Positions 1 to 9,107 of a DNA stretch of 64,000 nucleotides are shown here, piece by piece. Below the pieces are notes generated by a model. That model did no database searches. It saw only the letters and a list, made by a program, of their open reading frames with translations, and was not told where the DNA came from. The translations under genes were made by a program, and so were the position numbers. Each line of letters starts with the position of its first letter. Within the stretch, counting starts at the first letter, position 1. Source of the DNA: Nitrospirales bacterium (GTDB lineage: Bacteria > Nitrospirota > Nitrospiria > Nitrospirales > UBA8639); the NCBI GenBank assembly GCA_965223295.1, contig CBDCWC010000002.1, positions 1,408,001 to 1,472,000 of the forward strand, in the 5' to 3' direction.

Positions 1-644
1 AGTACACACTGACTCGTGCGTGTCTCAAAACTTGCGTCGCATTTAAAAATCCAGTGGGAATAATTTCGAAATCAGCGCTCCTCCTGCGAGACATCGATAT
101 CTTCCAAGAACTCCACAAATCAGCTTGGATACGAGTCTTTTTGAGCATACCGTTTTTATCAGATGAGATGGCCCGGAAAGTCGAACCGCAAGCCCCATCC
201 ATCTCAAAACGCTTTACCACTCTAGAAACATTATCCAAAGCTGGCATACCCACAGCCGTATCGATTGCCCCTGTCATCCCAGGGCTGAATGAACATGATA
301 TTCCACACCTTGTTTCTCGTGCTCGAGAGGCAGGAGCACAAGATGTCACCTTTATCCTTCTCCGACTCAACGATCATGTCGAAACCGTCTTTCTGGAGCG
401 CATGACGCATCATTTTCCTGATCGTATTCAGAAAATCTTTTCGCGATTAAGAGAAATGCGAGAAGGAACAGTCGGAACACAGGCTTTTTTCAAACGGCAT
501 CAAGGGCGAGGAAAAACTTGGGATGTCATTTCACAACTTTTTGAACAAGCATATCGCAAACATGAGTTTCCGGCTGTTCCAGAGGCTCCCATTCCCGCAA
601 CCTTCACGCGACCGAGAGCCATCCAACTCTCCTTGTTTGAATAA
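1..644 (+). CDS. PA0069/Rv2578c-family (SPL-like) radical SAM protein, 5'-truncated by the window edge
   Basis: Frame is open from base 3 (YTLTRACL...PVGIISKS). Family-like segments EPQAPS..KR, APVIPGLN and LLRL. C-terminal QLSLF. The CxxxCxxC motif would lie upstream of the window. Confidence 0.75.
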   Translation, partial: YTLTRACLKTCVAFKNPVGIISKSALLLRDIDIFQELHKSAWIRVFLSIPFLSDEMARKVEPQAPSISKRFTTLETLSKAGIPTAVSIAPVIPGLNEHDIPHLVSRAREAGAQDVTFILLRLNDHVETVFLERMTHHFPDRIQKIFSRLREMREGTVGTQAFFKRHQGRGKTWDVISQLFEQAYRKHEFPAVPEAPIPATFTRPRAIQLSLFE

Positions 645-738
645 ATCCTCAACCTGGACAGAAAAACTATCCAGCGTTTGGCAAGCTCCTCCTCCCTCCA
701 GTACAATCACCCCTGTTTTCTTTGCATCATCACAACTA

Positions 739-928
739 GGGAACCGTTGAATAATGAAGATAGCAACAGCCACATTTAGCCTCTGCGGCGTCACATGTCA
801 GAGGCCTCGGTCTGTTCAAAAAAGTCCGTCCAGCAAGACCGCAGCCATTTTTCGCGCGGAGCGTACTGGTCCTACGTGAGCACGGAAAAAGGGCGAGAAC
901 GCCGCTGGCGGCTTTTTTCAACAGACCC
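739..928 (+). mobile_element. MITE-like repeat family A, copy 1 (~190 bp)
   Basis: Homologous to 2192-2381, 9951-10142 and 37229-37417(rc). Ends GGGAACCGTTGAAT...TTCAACAGACCC. Flanked by ACTA/ACTA (735-738, 929-932). Confidence 0.85.
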
Positions 929-951
929 ACTAACGAAAATAGCAGCACATC

Positions 952-2184
952 ATGACCTATAGAATACCCACAGGCATCAATCGGTTTCGTCACTTCTTCG
1001 TCGCACTCCTGTGCACGGCTTTCTGGGGTTGCTCTGAACCACAAGAACCCTGGGACCTCCATACGGAACAAGGTACCACCCTTATGGAGCAAGGCAAATT
1101 CCCAGAAGCTGAAAAGGAACTAAACAATGCTCTCACCTTGGCGGAACAATTTGATAATCAAGACCCTCGGCTTATTCAATCTCTCACAAATCTCGCCATT
1201 TTGCACAACGCGAAAGGTGAACCCGAGCAAGCCGAACTGTTAATCAAGAAAACCGTCACCATTCATGAAGCGGCTCCCAATCCAGAAACTACCGACTTGG
1301 CTGTCAGTCTCAGCAATTTGGGTGCCTTATATGTGACCCAAAAACAATTCGACGAAGCACAACAGTATTTCGAACGTGCCATAGCCATTCGCGAAAAAGT
1401 TCAAGGACCAGATGACCCGGAAACGATTCGGGAGATTGAAAACCTGGCAGGACTGTTTATCCGGCAGTCTCGCTACTCCGACGCAGCACCTTATCTTAAA
1501 CAGGTCCTAGAAAGTTCAGAGAGCGCCAATGGGACAGACTCTCCCAAGCTTGTCGAGCCCCTCAACAATCTGGCCCTTCTCTATCGTGCTCAGGAGCAGT
1601 ATGACCAAGCCGAAACCTTGTTATTACGTGCTCTAAAGATCAAAGAACAACAGCTCGGCCTCTCTAACCCTCACCTGCTCGGAAGCTTGAACAATTTAGC
1701 CCTTCTCTATAGCTCAGCCCGGCAATTCACAAAAGCCACGCCATTGTTAGAGCGCATGCTCGCAATCACTGAAGAAGGATTTGGGAAAGACCATCCCCGC
1801 GTCGCCATCACCCTCAATCAGTTAGCAGAGATTCATCGCCTCCAAAATCAACCAGAGCAAGCCATTCCGTTAGTTCAACGAGCCATCCACATTATTGAAC
1901 AAGCGGAAGGCCCAGAACATTCAAGCTTGACTGGCCCTCTCAACAACCTGGCCGTTCTCTTCCTCAAGACTGGCCAGCACACACAAGCTGATTCCTTGTT
2001 CCAGCGAGCCATCGCGTTAACCGAATCCACCATGGGGAAAACCCATTTCCAAGTAGAACGGGCTCTGCGGAATCACTCCGTTTTGTTACGAGAGATGAAT
2101 CGTACCGACGAAGCCGCCACACAGAAAGCTCGCGCTGATGCTATCGTTGCTCAAAACACCCCTACGGCATCAACAGCCGAGTAA
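952..2184 (+). CDS. TPR-repeat (kinesin-light-chain-like) putative lipoprotein
   Basis: Repeated 42-aa units (LNNLALLY...A..LL.RAL.I.E...G..HP). Hydrophobic N-terminus ending FWGC. Confidence 0.85.
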   Translation: MTYRIPTGINRFRHFFVALLCTAFWGCSEPQEPWDLHTEQGTTLMEQGKFPEAEKELNNALTLAEQFDNQDPRLIQSLTNLAILHNAKGEPEQAELLIKKTVTIHEAAPNPETTDLAVSLSNLGALYVTQKQFDEAQQYFERAIAIREKVQGPDDPETIREIENLAGLFIRQSRYSDAAPYLKQVLESSESANGTDSPKLVEPLNNLALLYRAQEQYDQAETLLLRALKIKEQQLGLSNPHLLGSLNNLALLYSSARQFTKATPLLERMLAITEEGFGKDHPRVAITLNQLAEIHRLQNQPEQAIPLVQRAIHIIEQAEGPEHSSLTGPLNNLAVLFLKTGQHTQADSLFQRAIALTESTMGKTHFQVERALRNHSVLLREMNRTDEAATQKARADAIVAQNTPTASTAE

Positions 2185-2191
2185 CCTCATT

Positions 2192-2381
2192 GGGAGTGTT
2201 GATTCATGACGAGATCAAGAGTCATATTTCGCCAAGAAGCCGAGGGCGATCAAACGGTTCGTGGCGGTTCAAAAAAGGCTGTCCAGCAAGGCCGCAGCCA
2301 TTTTTGCGCGCGGAGCGTACTGGAGTACGTGAGCACGGAAAAATGGCGAGAACGCTGCTGGCAGCTTTTTTCAACAGCCCC
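2192..2381 (+). mobile_element. MITE-like repeat family A, copy 2
   Basis: GGGAGTGTTGAT...TTCAACAGCCCC, flanked by TCATT/TCATT (2187-2191, 2382-2386), 7 bp after the TPR gene stop. Confidence 0.85.
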
Positions 2382-2469
2382 TCATTTTACTTGCTCGCTG
2401 TCCACTCTTTACATGAACCTCTACGAAGGTAAACACATGGAGATGTATCAGAAGAAGCATTCTATTTAA

Positions 2470-2631
2470 CCTAAAAACGGCAGTTGGATCACGAAAGTCT
2501 GCACAACCTCTTGACGCACCTAGAAAATTTAAAATTCGCTCATCACCCACAAGGTGACCACGCCAATTTAAAATTTCCTAGGCACATCAATTGCTTGCAC
2601 AGCTTTTTCGCGCTCAACCGCCGTCTTTAGG
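2470..2631. mobile_element. Palindromic MITE-like element, family B (162 bp)
   Basis: Arms CCTAAAAACGGCAGTTG / CAACCGCCGTCTTTAGG and TTGACGCACCTAGAAAATTTAAAATT (2511-2536) / 2565-2590. Flanked by TTTAA/TTTAA. Overlaps the 3' end of the upstream minus-strand gene. Confidence 0.8.
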
Positions 2632-3222
2632 TTTAACAGTCGATTGCATTAAACTGTTAGCCTGAGGTGGTGAGAACCCTTGGAAACCTCGATGGCGTTC
2701 TGCTAGTTCCAACACGGAAAAGGCTTGACCATTGACCTGCTCCGGGACTGAAAAAATCTGGCGCAAATCGTCGCCCCGTGTCCCGACAATCGCTCCAGCA
2801 AACTCAATCCCTTTTCCTTTCAATCGCTGTATGGCAATTTCAATATCCGCTACTTGTACCGCTACATGATGCAAAGTCTGATCTCCAAATTGCTGAACCC
2901 AGCTTGGGATAATACTGCTACGGCCTCGTTCGCCAGCAAAGACCTGATCCACAAATAAGGCCGGACACCCTGGTGCCCGATACACTTTTGCCCACCAATC
3001 GTCATACTCTAATGTTTCAGCGTAGCGATACCCCTGCTCCAAAAACTCAGCCACTCGATCATCAATCGACAAGGTGCGAACCGTAATATGGTCCAGCACT
3101 GGAAAGACTCCAATACCGATCTGCTCAAGCGCATCACACACAAGCTGGGCAGCACGATTTCGTGAGACATATTCATGCACATATTTCATAATTAACGACT
3201 CTAGAGCATCCGGCTGATTCAT
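2614..3222 (-). CDS. VOC-fold metalloenzyme, DUF1338/HglS-like (candidate 2-oxoadipate dioxygenase/decarboxylase)
   Basis: Motifs DHITVRT, HHVAV, ELAER and GF...ANSLMQST. ATG 3222 has a GGAG RBS and lies 2 bp after the ALDH stop. Confidence 0.6.
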   Translation of the reverse strand: MNQPDALESLIMKYVHEYVSRNRAAQLVCDALEQIGIGVFPVLDHITVRTLSIDDRVAEFLEQGYRYAETLEYDDWWAKVYRAPGCPALFVDQVFAGERGRSSIIPSWVQQFGDQTLHHVAVQVADIEIAIQRLKGKGIEFAGAIVGTRGDDLRQIFSVPEQVNGQAFSVLELAERHRGFQGFSPPQANSLMQSTVKPKDGG

Positions 3223-3224
3223 AA

Positions 3225-4766
3225 TTACTCTCCTTGATTGACAGCAAACGTGATCCCCTGCGCCAGAGGCAATTCCCTTCCCCAATTGATGGTATTGGTT
3301 TGCCGCCGCATATAGGCCTTCCATGCATCCGACCCTGCTTCTCGGCCACCACCCGTTTCTTTTTCTCCTCCAAACGCCCCACCAATCTCAGCCCCGGAGG
3401 TCCCAATATTGACATTGGCAATGCCACAATCACTTCCCTCACCTGACAAGAACTGTTCAGCATGCCGCACATTCAATGTAAACAACGAAGATGAGAGCCC
3501 TTGCGGCACGTTATTTTGCTTCTCTATGGCTTCATCTATCGTCTGATATGACATGACATACAAGATAGGCGCAAAAGTTTCACGCTGGACAACTTTCCAA
3601 TGGTTCTGGGCGCGCACCAACGTGGGTTGAACAAAAAACCCGACTTGCTCTAAGACATTTCCACCAAAAAGAATTTCTCCGCCATCCTGCTTAACTTCTT
3701 CCAAGGTAATACGAAATTCTTCTAAGGATCGATTATCAATGAGAGGTCCCATAAGAACATCAGAGGCTAAGGGATCACCCACCTTCACCTGTTGATAGGC
3801 TTGCACAAGACGCTTCACGACATCTTCATACCGTGATTCATGGATAAACAAACGACGAGTTGTGGTGCAACGCTGCCCCGCTGTCCCAACCGCGCCAAAG
3901 ACAATCGCGGGAATAGCCAAATCCAAGTCCGCCGTGTCATCCACGATCACAGCATTGTTTCCGCTCAATTCTAACAAGGTGCGTCCTAACCGGCCTGCTA
4001 CCACCTGGGCAACATCACGCCCCACAGGGACCGAACCGGTAAAGGAAACAAGCGGCAGCCGTTCATCGCTCACCATCGCTTTGGCAACTTTGACCTGATC
4101 ACTCATAAAGACAGAAAAAATACCCGGAACGCCCTGTTGCTCCATCACATGATTGCAAATATTCTGAACGGCCAATGCACAGAGAGGAGCTTTAGGAGAC
4201 GGTTTCCAAATAACGGTATCGCCGGCAATGACAGCCAAAAAGGCATTCCAGGCCCACACGGCAACAGGAAAGTTAAACGCCGAAATCACCCCAACCACGC
4301 CAAGAGGATGCCATTGCTCATACATCCGATGCTGCGCGCGCTCGGAATGCATGGTGAGCCCATACAACATTCGTGATTGCCCCACCGCAAAGTCTGCCAT
4401 GTCAATCATTTCTTGGACTTCTCCGTCCCCTTCTGCCTTGATCTTTCCGACTTCCAGAGACACTAGTGAACCCAAGGCATCTTTTTTGGCTCTCAGTGCC
4501 TCGCCTATCATTCGAACAACTTCTCCCCGTTTAGGAGCTGGGACTTTCCGCCATTCCCGGAAGGCCGTCAGAGATTTCTCAACCAACGCATCGTAATCAG
4601 CAGCAGAACAGGAATGAATTTGAGCCAGCACTTCTCCTGTAGATGGATTGACCGAATCCAACAGCCCTGAATTGGTTGTCGAAGTCCATTGGCCTTGACC
4701 TGAGCATGCGCCAGCATTCAGAGGCTCTATTCCAAGCTCATTGAGTACTTCCGCTACATTCATCAT
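3225..4766 (-). CDS. ALDH7/antiquitin-family aldehyde dehydrogenase (2-aminoadipate semialdehyde / P6C dehydrogenase)
   Basis: [53 protein letters not shown]. Confidence 0.9.
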   Translation of the reverse strand: MMNVAEVLNELGIEPLNAGACSGQGQWTSTTNSGLLDSVNPSTGEVLAQIHSCSAADYDALVEKSLTAFREWRKVPAPKRGEVVRMIGEALRAKKDALGSLVSLEVGKIKAEGDGEVQEMIDMADFAVGQSRMLYGLTMHSERAQHRMYEQWHPLGVVGVISAFNFPVAVWAWNAFLAVIAGDTVIWKPSPKAPLCALAVQNICNHVMEQQGVPGIFSVFMSDQVKVAKAMVSDERLPLVSFTGSVPVGRDVAQVVAGRLGRTLLELSGNNAVIVDDTADLDLAIPAIVFGAVGTAGQRCTTTRRLFIHESRYEDVVKRLVQAYQQVKVGDPLASDVLMGPLIDNRSLEEFRITLEEVKQDGGEILFGGNVLEQVGFFVQPTLVRAQNHWKVVQRETFAPILYVMSYQTIDEAIEKQNNVPQGLSSSLFTLNVRHAEQFLSGEGSDCGIANVNIGTSGAEIGGAFGGEKETGGGREAGSDAWKAYMRRQTNTINWGRELPLAQGITFAVNQGE

Positions 4767-4789
4767 CCTTGTCTCCCTTTAGATTGCAT

Positions 4790-5899
4790 TCACGTGGAAC
4801 CGCCTGGATCTCCTGCATAATATTTTCCAAATCGATTGACAAGAATAGAAGAAAGATCGAAAGTTTCTTGCGTCACAAAACCTCGACACTCCTCAGGCTG
4901 CTCAAACACCAGATCGACTACGCTGCATATACCAGCGGCCGTGGTCACTTGAATGGCCGACCAAAGTTTCCCAGCGATCGACCGAGGATAAATTTTCTTC
5001 ACATGATTCTCTTCAAACAACTCGCCCTCCCGCATCCCCGTCACAGAAGTATAAATAATCACTACATCCTGCAAGGTCTTCGGCACCGCATGTTCCAAGA
5101 TGCGTTTCAATGTTTCCCGATCTTGATTGAGTTTCAAATCATTCATAAGCAGATGAATTTTTTCGCAATGCCCAGGGTATCGAAGCGTTTTATAGTTCAT
5201 CGTTTTGACTTTTCCTGCATAGGTATCAGCAAGCGTCCCCAACCCACCAGACGTATTAAACGCTTCATAGAGTAGCCCGTCCACTTCGATGGTTTCGTAC
5301 CCTTCCAGCGGACGTAAGGCCACTTCCCGGCCATCTTCAATGCCATAACAAATGTTTCCATACTCATTAATCAGCCCATCGGTCGACCATGTTAGTGAAT
5401 ACTTCAGGACATTGCTTGGATTCACAGGCAACGCTCCTACCCGCATTTTGACAATGTCGACGGAATCAAAATGAGTCATGAGATCATGCGCCGCAATACT
5501 AATAAATCCCGGAGCCAGCCCACATTGAGGAACAAAGGCAGAAGAAGATCCCTGGCTCACTTCACGAATCTTCCTAGTCACTTCGACATCTTCTGTCAGA
5601 TCGAAATAATGAGCACCATGCGCTCGCGCTAATTCCCCAACTAGCGGATTACAATAGTAAGGAAGACTAGACAGAATGGCCTCAGGTTGCGTCTGCTCAA
5701 GAAAAGCCTGAAGAGCGGCTTTGTTCTGAACATCAACAGAACATGCGTTAAAATGGCTTGAGTGTATCTCTTTTTTCAGCCGATCCACGACATCAGGATC
5801 GACATCTCCTAATGAAACCTCATAATCCCCACTCTCCACCAACAAAGTGGCAATCAGCGATCCAATTTTCCCTCCCCCGAGAACGACAACCTTCTTCAT
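4790..5899 (-). CDS. Saccharopine dehydrogenase family / L-lysine 6-dehydrogenase
   Basis: GGGKIG Rossmann motif, YFDLTED, CGLAPG, TWSTDGLINEY, YKTLRYPGH. Confidence 0.85.
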   Translation of the reverse strand: MKKVVVLGGGKIGSLIATLLVESGDYEVSLGDVDPDVVDRLKKEIHSSHFNACSVDVQNKAALQAFLEQTQPEAILSSLPYYCNPLVGELARAHGAHYFDLTEDVEVTRKIREVSQGSSSAFVPQCGLAPGFISIAAHDLMTHFDSVDIVKMRVGALPVNPSNVLKYSLTWSTDGLINEYGNICYGIEDGREVALRPLEGYETIEVDGLLYEAFNTSGGLGTLADTYAGKVKTMNYKTLRYPGHCEKIHLLMNDLKLNQDRETLKRILEHAVPKTLQDVVIIYTSVTGMREGELFEENHVKKIYPRSIAGKLWSAIQVTTAAGICSVVDLVFEQPEECRGFVTQETFDLSSILVNRFGKYYAGDPGGST

Positions 5900-6008
5900 A
5901 GGCGACAATCCCCCTTCGATTCTATTCTAGGACAATTCAACCCAAATGCAACGAATTGACCTCCTGAGAGTTCATAAATAGGATAGGGGGTCAGGAGCTA
6001 GTAAAAAT

Positions 6009-6488
6009 ATGTATGCACCTATTCCACGCCAGGTAAAAAGAACAATCAGTATCCTGATAATACTACTTGTTTTGCCTGCAGGAGAATTTCTCTGGGCAAC
6101 AGATAAATCAGATGATCCCGAAAAAAATTCCTCAGTTGAACTCATGTTCAAGGGAACCGGATCAGTGGAAACCAGAACATTTACTGTTGAAGATGGCTGG
6201 AAAATAGAATGGGAAACAAAATCTCCCACTTTCAAATTGTCTGCCCACGGCTCGTCTCGAAGGCCCTATGTGGGTGAAACTACGGAACGAGAGGAAGCCT
6301 TACGATGGTTTGAACGACTCGAACCTATTGTCTTAGCCAATACCACAAAAACACGTGGTTCAGCGGTCCATCCTTTGGGAGGAACCTTTTACTTCAAAAT
6401 TGTCGCGAGTGGTCCGTGGGAAGTTCATCTCAAAACCTTCAAAGACACCAAAGACTACCTGGATGTCCCCTATACCGGTGCGCCATAA
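6009..6488 (+). CDS. Hypothetical exported beta-rich protein
   Basis: 159-aa ORF with GGAG RBS and hydrophobic N-terminal signal. Confidence 0.6.
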   Translation: MYAPIPRQVKRTISILIILLVLPAGEFLWATDKSDDPEKNSSVELMFKGTGSVETRTFTVEDGWKIEWETKSPTFKLSAHGSSRRPYVGETTEREEALRWFERLEPIVLANTTKTRGSAVHPLGGTFYFKIVASGPWEVHLKTFKDTKDYLDVPYTGAP

Positions 6489-6559
6489 AGTCTTGTCCCC
6501 ATACTCAAAATGAATCAAACACTACAATTTCACAAGGAATCACTTTTACATAATAGGAG

Positions 6560-6931
6560 ATGAAAATGGCGAAGCTTATTACACAACCCACTAGAATTGA
6601 AGCGGCAGGAAATAAACCCAAACTGATTGATGAATTCTTTGGACACGTCAATTCCGGGACAGCTGGGGTCAGCATAGCCCGGATGCAGAGCCCATCGGGC
6701 TGGGTTGAACCTGGACAAACCCCAGAATTCGATGAGTATACGGTCGTTTTACGTGGAATGCTGAAGGTTGAAACCAAAGAAGACAGCCTGGAAGTCAAGG
6801 CTGGGCAAGGCGTATTAACGAATAAAGGGGAATGGATCCGCTACAGTACTCCAGGACCCGAAGGCGCTGAATACATTGCCGTCTGTCTCCCAGCATTCTC
6901 GCCAAACACGGTCCATCGAGATGAATCATAG
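6560..6931 (+). CDS. Cupin domain protein
   Basis: EPGQTPEFDEYTVVLRG...AGQ...GEWIRYSTP. AGGAG RBS. Confidence 0.85.
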   Translation: MKMAKLITQPTRIEAAGNKPKLIDEFFGHVNSGTAGVSIARMQSPSGWVEPGQTPEFDEYTVVLRGMLKVETKEDSLEVKAGQGVLTNKGEWIRYSTPGPEGAEYIAVCLPAFSPNTVHRDES

Positions 6932-7037
6932 TCGCCAGTTTGAGAAATCCAAGCTGAAAATCTAAGGGGCAATTCTGGACTTGTCACAATCCATATCTTC
7001 TCTTGACGTTTCACTTCTCCCTTTTCACATTTCACCT

Positions 7038-7514
7038 CTAGTACCGATACCAGTGACGATGCCCATAGCCGTACCATCGAGGACCATAAAACTGGGGAGC
7101 GCCATAGAATAACGATCCGCCAAACAATCGATCCCGACCAAAACGAAGACTCAAGCCTACGGGTGGATACACGACAAAAGCAGAGTTATACCAACGAGAA
7201 CGCTTTCGAGTGAGTTTTCGCTCAAGTTTGGCCGTAGCGGACGCTTGTTGCGCAACCTGTTGTTGTAGTTGCTGAACCGTCTGCTGTTGAATTTCTAACT
7301 CTTTTTCTAACTTCGCAATTTTTTCTTGTTGAAGTTGAGCAAATGTTTCAATGCACCGATACTGAGCGTCACCTTCAAAACCGGTACATTCCCATGGTAC
7401 AGCTGGCTCCTTCGCGCTCACGGACAGCGCACAAAACATCGTGCCCATGGCACATATGCTGCCTAAACTCCAGGCTCTCAGAGAATTATAAAATGGCAAA
7501 GATATGATTCGCAT
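7038..7514 (-). CDS. Hypothetical exported protein with Gln-rich coiled coil
   Basis: GGAGG RBS, signal peptide, WEC...YRC pair, coiled-coil segment, Tyr/Gly-rich tail. Confidence 0.6.
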   Translation of the reverse strand: MRIISLPFYNSLRAWSLGSICAMGTMFCALSVSAKEPAVPWECTGFEGDAQYRCIETFAQLQQEKIAKLEKELEIQQQTVQQLQQQVAQQASATAKLERKLTRKRSRWYNSAFVVYPPVGLSLRFGRDRLFGGSLFYGAPQFYGPRWYGYGHRHWYRY

Positions 7515-7621
7515 AAGCTCCTCCTCTCTTCATTCAATATTTCAATTATACCAAGAAATGAGGATCAATTGCTGGCTCCATGGTTCAGGCCTTCTGATAG
7601 CCACATAGTACGTTAAAAATA

Positions 7622-7650
7622 TTGACACTTCGCCCTTGAATTCATAGCCT
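7622..7650 (+). promoter_or_regulatory. Possible sigma70 promoter for tag
   Basis: TTGACA-N17-TAGCCT, 36 bp upstream of the ATG. Confidence 0.4.
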
Positions 7651-7686
7651 TTTCTTACTTTTCCTCAGATACGTCATGACCGCTAT

Positions 7687-8673
7687 ATGCCAAATAATTC
7701 GATAGCAACCACAGACGACAAGAAAATCCGCTGCGGATGGGTTGGGAATAAGCCACATTTTATCCCGTACCACGATAAAGAATGGGGGATACCTGTTCAT
7801 GATGACCACCGCCATTTTGAAATGCTCATTTTGGAAGGCGCACAGGCTGGCCTCTCCTGGTCCACCATCTTGCTTCGCAGAGAAGGCTATCGCAAAGCCT
7901 TTGCGAAATTTGATCCCGTCAAGGTCGCTCGCTTTGATGCTCGCAAACAAGCTGCTCTTCTTCAAGACAGCAGCATTATTCGCAATCGTCTCAAAATTCA
8001 ATCAGCCATTACCAACGCACAGGCTTTTCTCAAGGTGCAAGAAGAATTTGGATCTTTTGACGCTTATATTTGGCAGTTTGTAGGTGGAACACCAAAAATC
8101 AACTATTGGAAAAACCTGTCTCAAGTCCCGACGACGACGGGAGAAAGTGATGCCCTCTCTCGAGACCTCAAAAAACGTGGCTTTCGTTTTGTGGGCAGCA
8201 CGGTTATCTATGCCCATATGCAAGCTGCCGGGCTCGTCAATGATCACACCACTGATTGCTTTCGACATCCCAACAATTCCACATCACCACGAACCGCCAG
8301 GAGAAAAACAACAAAAATCCGGAGCATCCATCTTCAGCGGGTCTATGATCCCCCATCCAGAAAAGATGGTTATCGGATTCTTGTTGATCGGCTTTGGCCA
8401 CGAGGCATTTCAAAGGAAACGGCTCGCATCGATCTTTGGTTGCGGGAAGTAGCACCATCAACAAAATTACGTCAATGGTTTAATCATGATGCTAGTCGAT
8501 GGAAAGAATTTCAGCAACGTTATGCTACAGAACTTGAACAACACCCAGAGGCTATCAAAAAACTCAGAAGCCTTGGCCGAACACATCGTCTGACGCTTCT
8601 TTACGGCTCCAAGAACCAAGAGATGAACAATGCGGTAGCCTTACGAACGTACTTGCAACGAACCACCACATGA
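7687..8673 (+). CDS. tag: DNA-3-methyladenine glycosylase I fused to a DUF488 (YeaO-like) domain
   Basis: N-terminal RCGW, YHDKEWG, LEGAQAGLSW, NDH...CF. C-terminal RVYD...DGYRILVDRLWPRG, APST.LRQWFNH, NNAVAL. One continuous frame. Confidence 0.9.
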   Translation: MPNNSIATTDDKKIRCGWVGNKPHFIPYHDKEWGIPVHDDHRHFEMLILEGAQAGLSWSTILLRREGYRKAFAKFDPVKVARFDARKQAALLQDSSIIRNRLKIQSAITNAQAFLKVQEEFGSFDAYIWQFVGGTPKINYWKNLSQVPTTTGESDALSRDLKKRGFRFVGSTVIYAHMQAAGLVNDHTTDCFRHPNNSTSPRTARRKTTKIRSIHLQRVYDPPSRKDGYRILVDRLWPRGISKETARIDLWLREVAPSTKLRQWFNHDASRWKEFQQRYATELEQHPEAIKKLRSLGRTHRLTLLYGSKNQEMNNAVALRTYLQRTTT

Positions 8674-8677
8674 ATCA

Positions 8678-9100
8678 ATGAAACCAGTGATTCAGGAAGA
8701 CAAAACCGGATGCGGATTAGCCAGCGTCGCGACCATAGCAGGCGTCACCTATACACAGATCAAAAAGATCGCCCGCCAAGAAGGAATCGAGGTATATGAC
8801 TCACAACTCTGGTCAGAGATAACATACGTTCGTCGACTCCTGACACACTACGGCATCAAAACTTCTCGGAATCAATCACCCTTTATCTCATGGGAGAAAC
8901 TGCCTCCACTGGCCCTACTGGCTATCAAATGGCATCAAGAACAAGGGAAACCATGCTGGCATTGGACAGTATTCCATCGAAGTTCAAACGGCCCAGTCGT
9001 CTTGGATCCAAAGCGAGAACTCCGCACGAATACACGCACAGATTTTGGCCGAATGAAACCCAAATGGTTTCTCAAAGTCATATCAGCAAGCCACGATTGA
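8678..9100 (+). CDS. Stand-alone peptidase C39-like (papain-fold) protein
   Basis: QEDKTGCGLA (Gln/Cys), WHWTV (His), VLDP (Asp). Confidence 0.65.
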   Translation: MKPVIQEDKTGCGLASVATIAGVTYTQIKKIARQEGIEVYDSQLWSEITYVRRLLTHYGIKTSRNQSPFISWEKLPPLALLAIKWHQEQGKPCWHWTVFHRSSNGPVVLDPKRELRTNTRTDFGRMKPKWFLKVISASHD

Positions 9101-9107
9101 CGAAAAC

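Noticed and set aside
739-2381. Composite transposon formed by two family A copies around the TPR gene
   Set aside because: Each copy has its own duplication (ACTA, TCATT) and the outer flanks do not match, indicating independent insertions.
2470-2631. Integron attC site
   Set aside because: No proper RYYYAAC/GTTRRRY ends, no cassette array or integrase. The flanking duplication fits a MITE better.
4769-5275. Long antisense or alternative-frame ORFs (e.g. 4769-5275, 38572-39030, 53591-54034)
   Set aside because: They are shadows of well-supported genes and carry no recognisable motifs.
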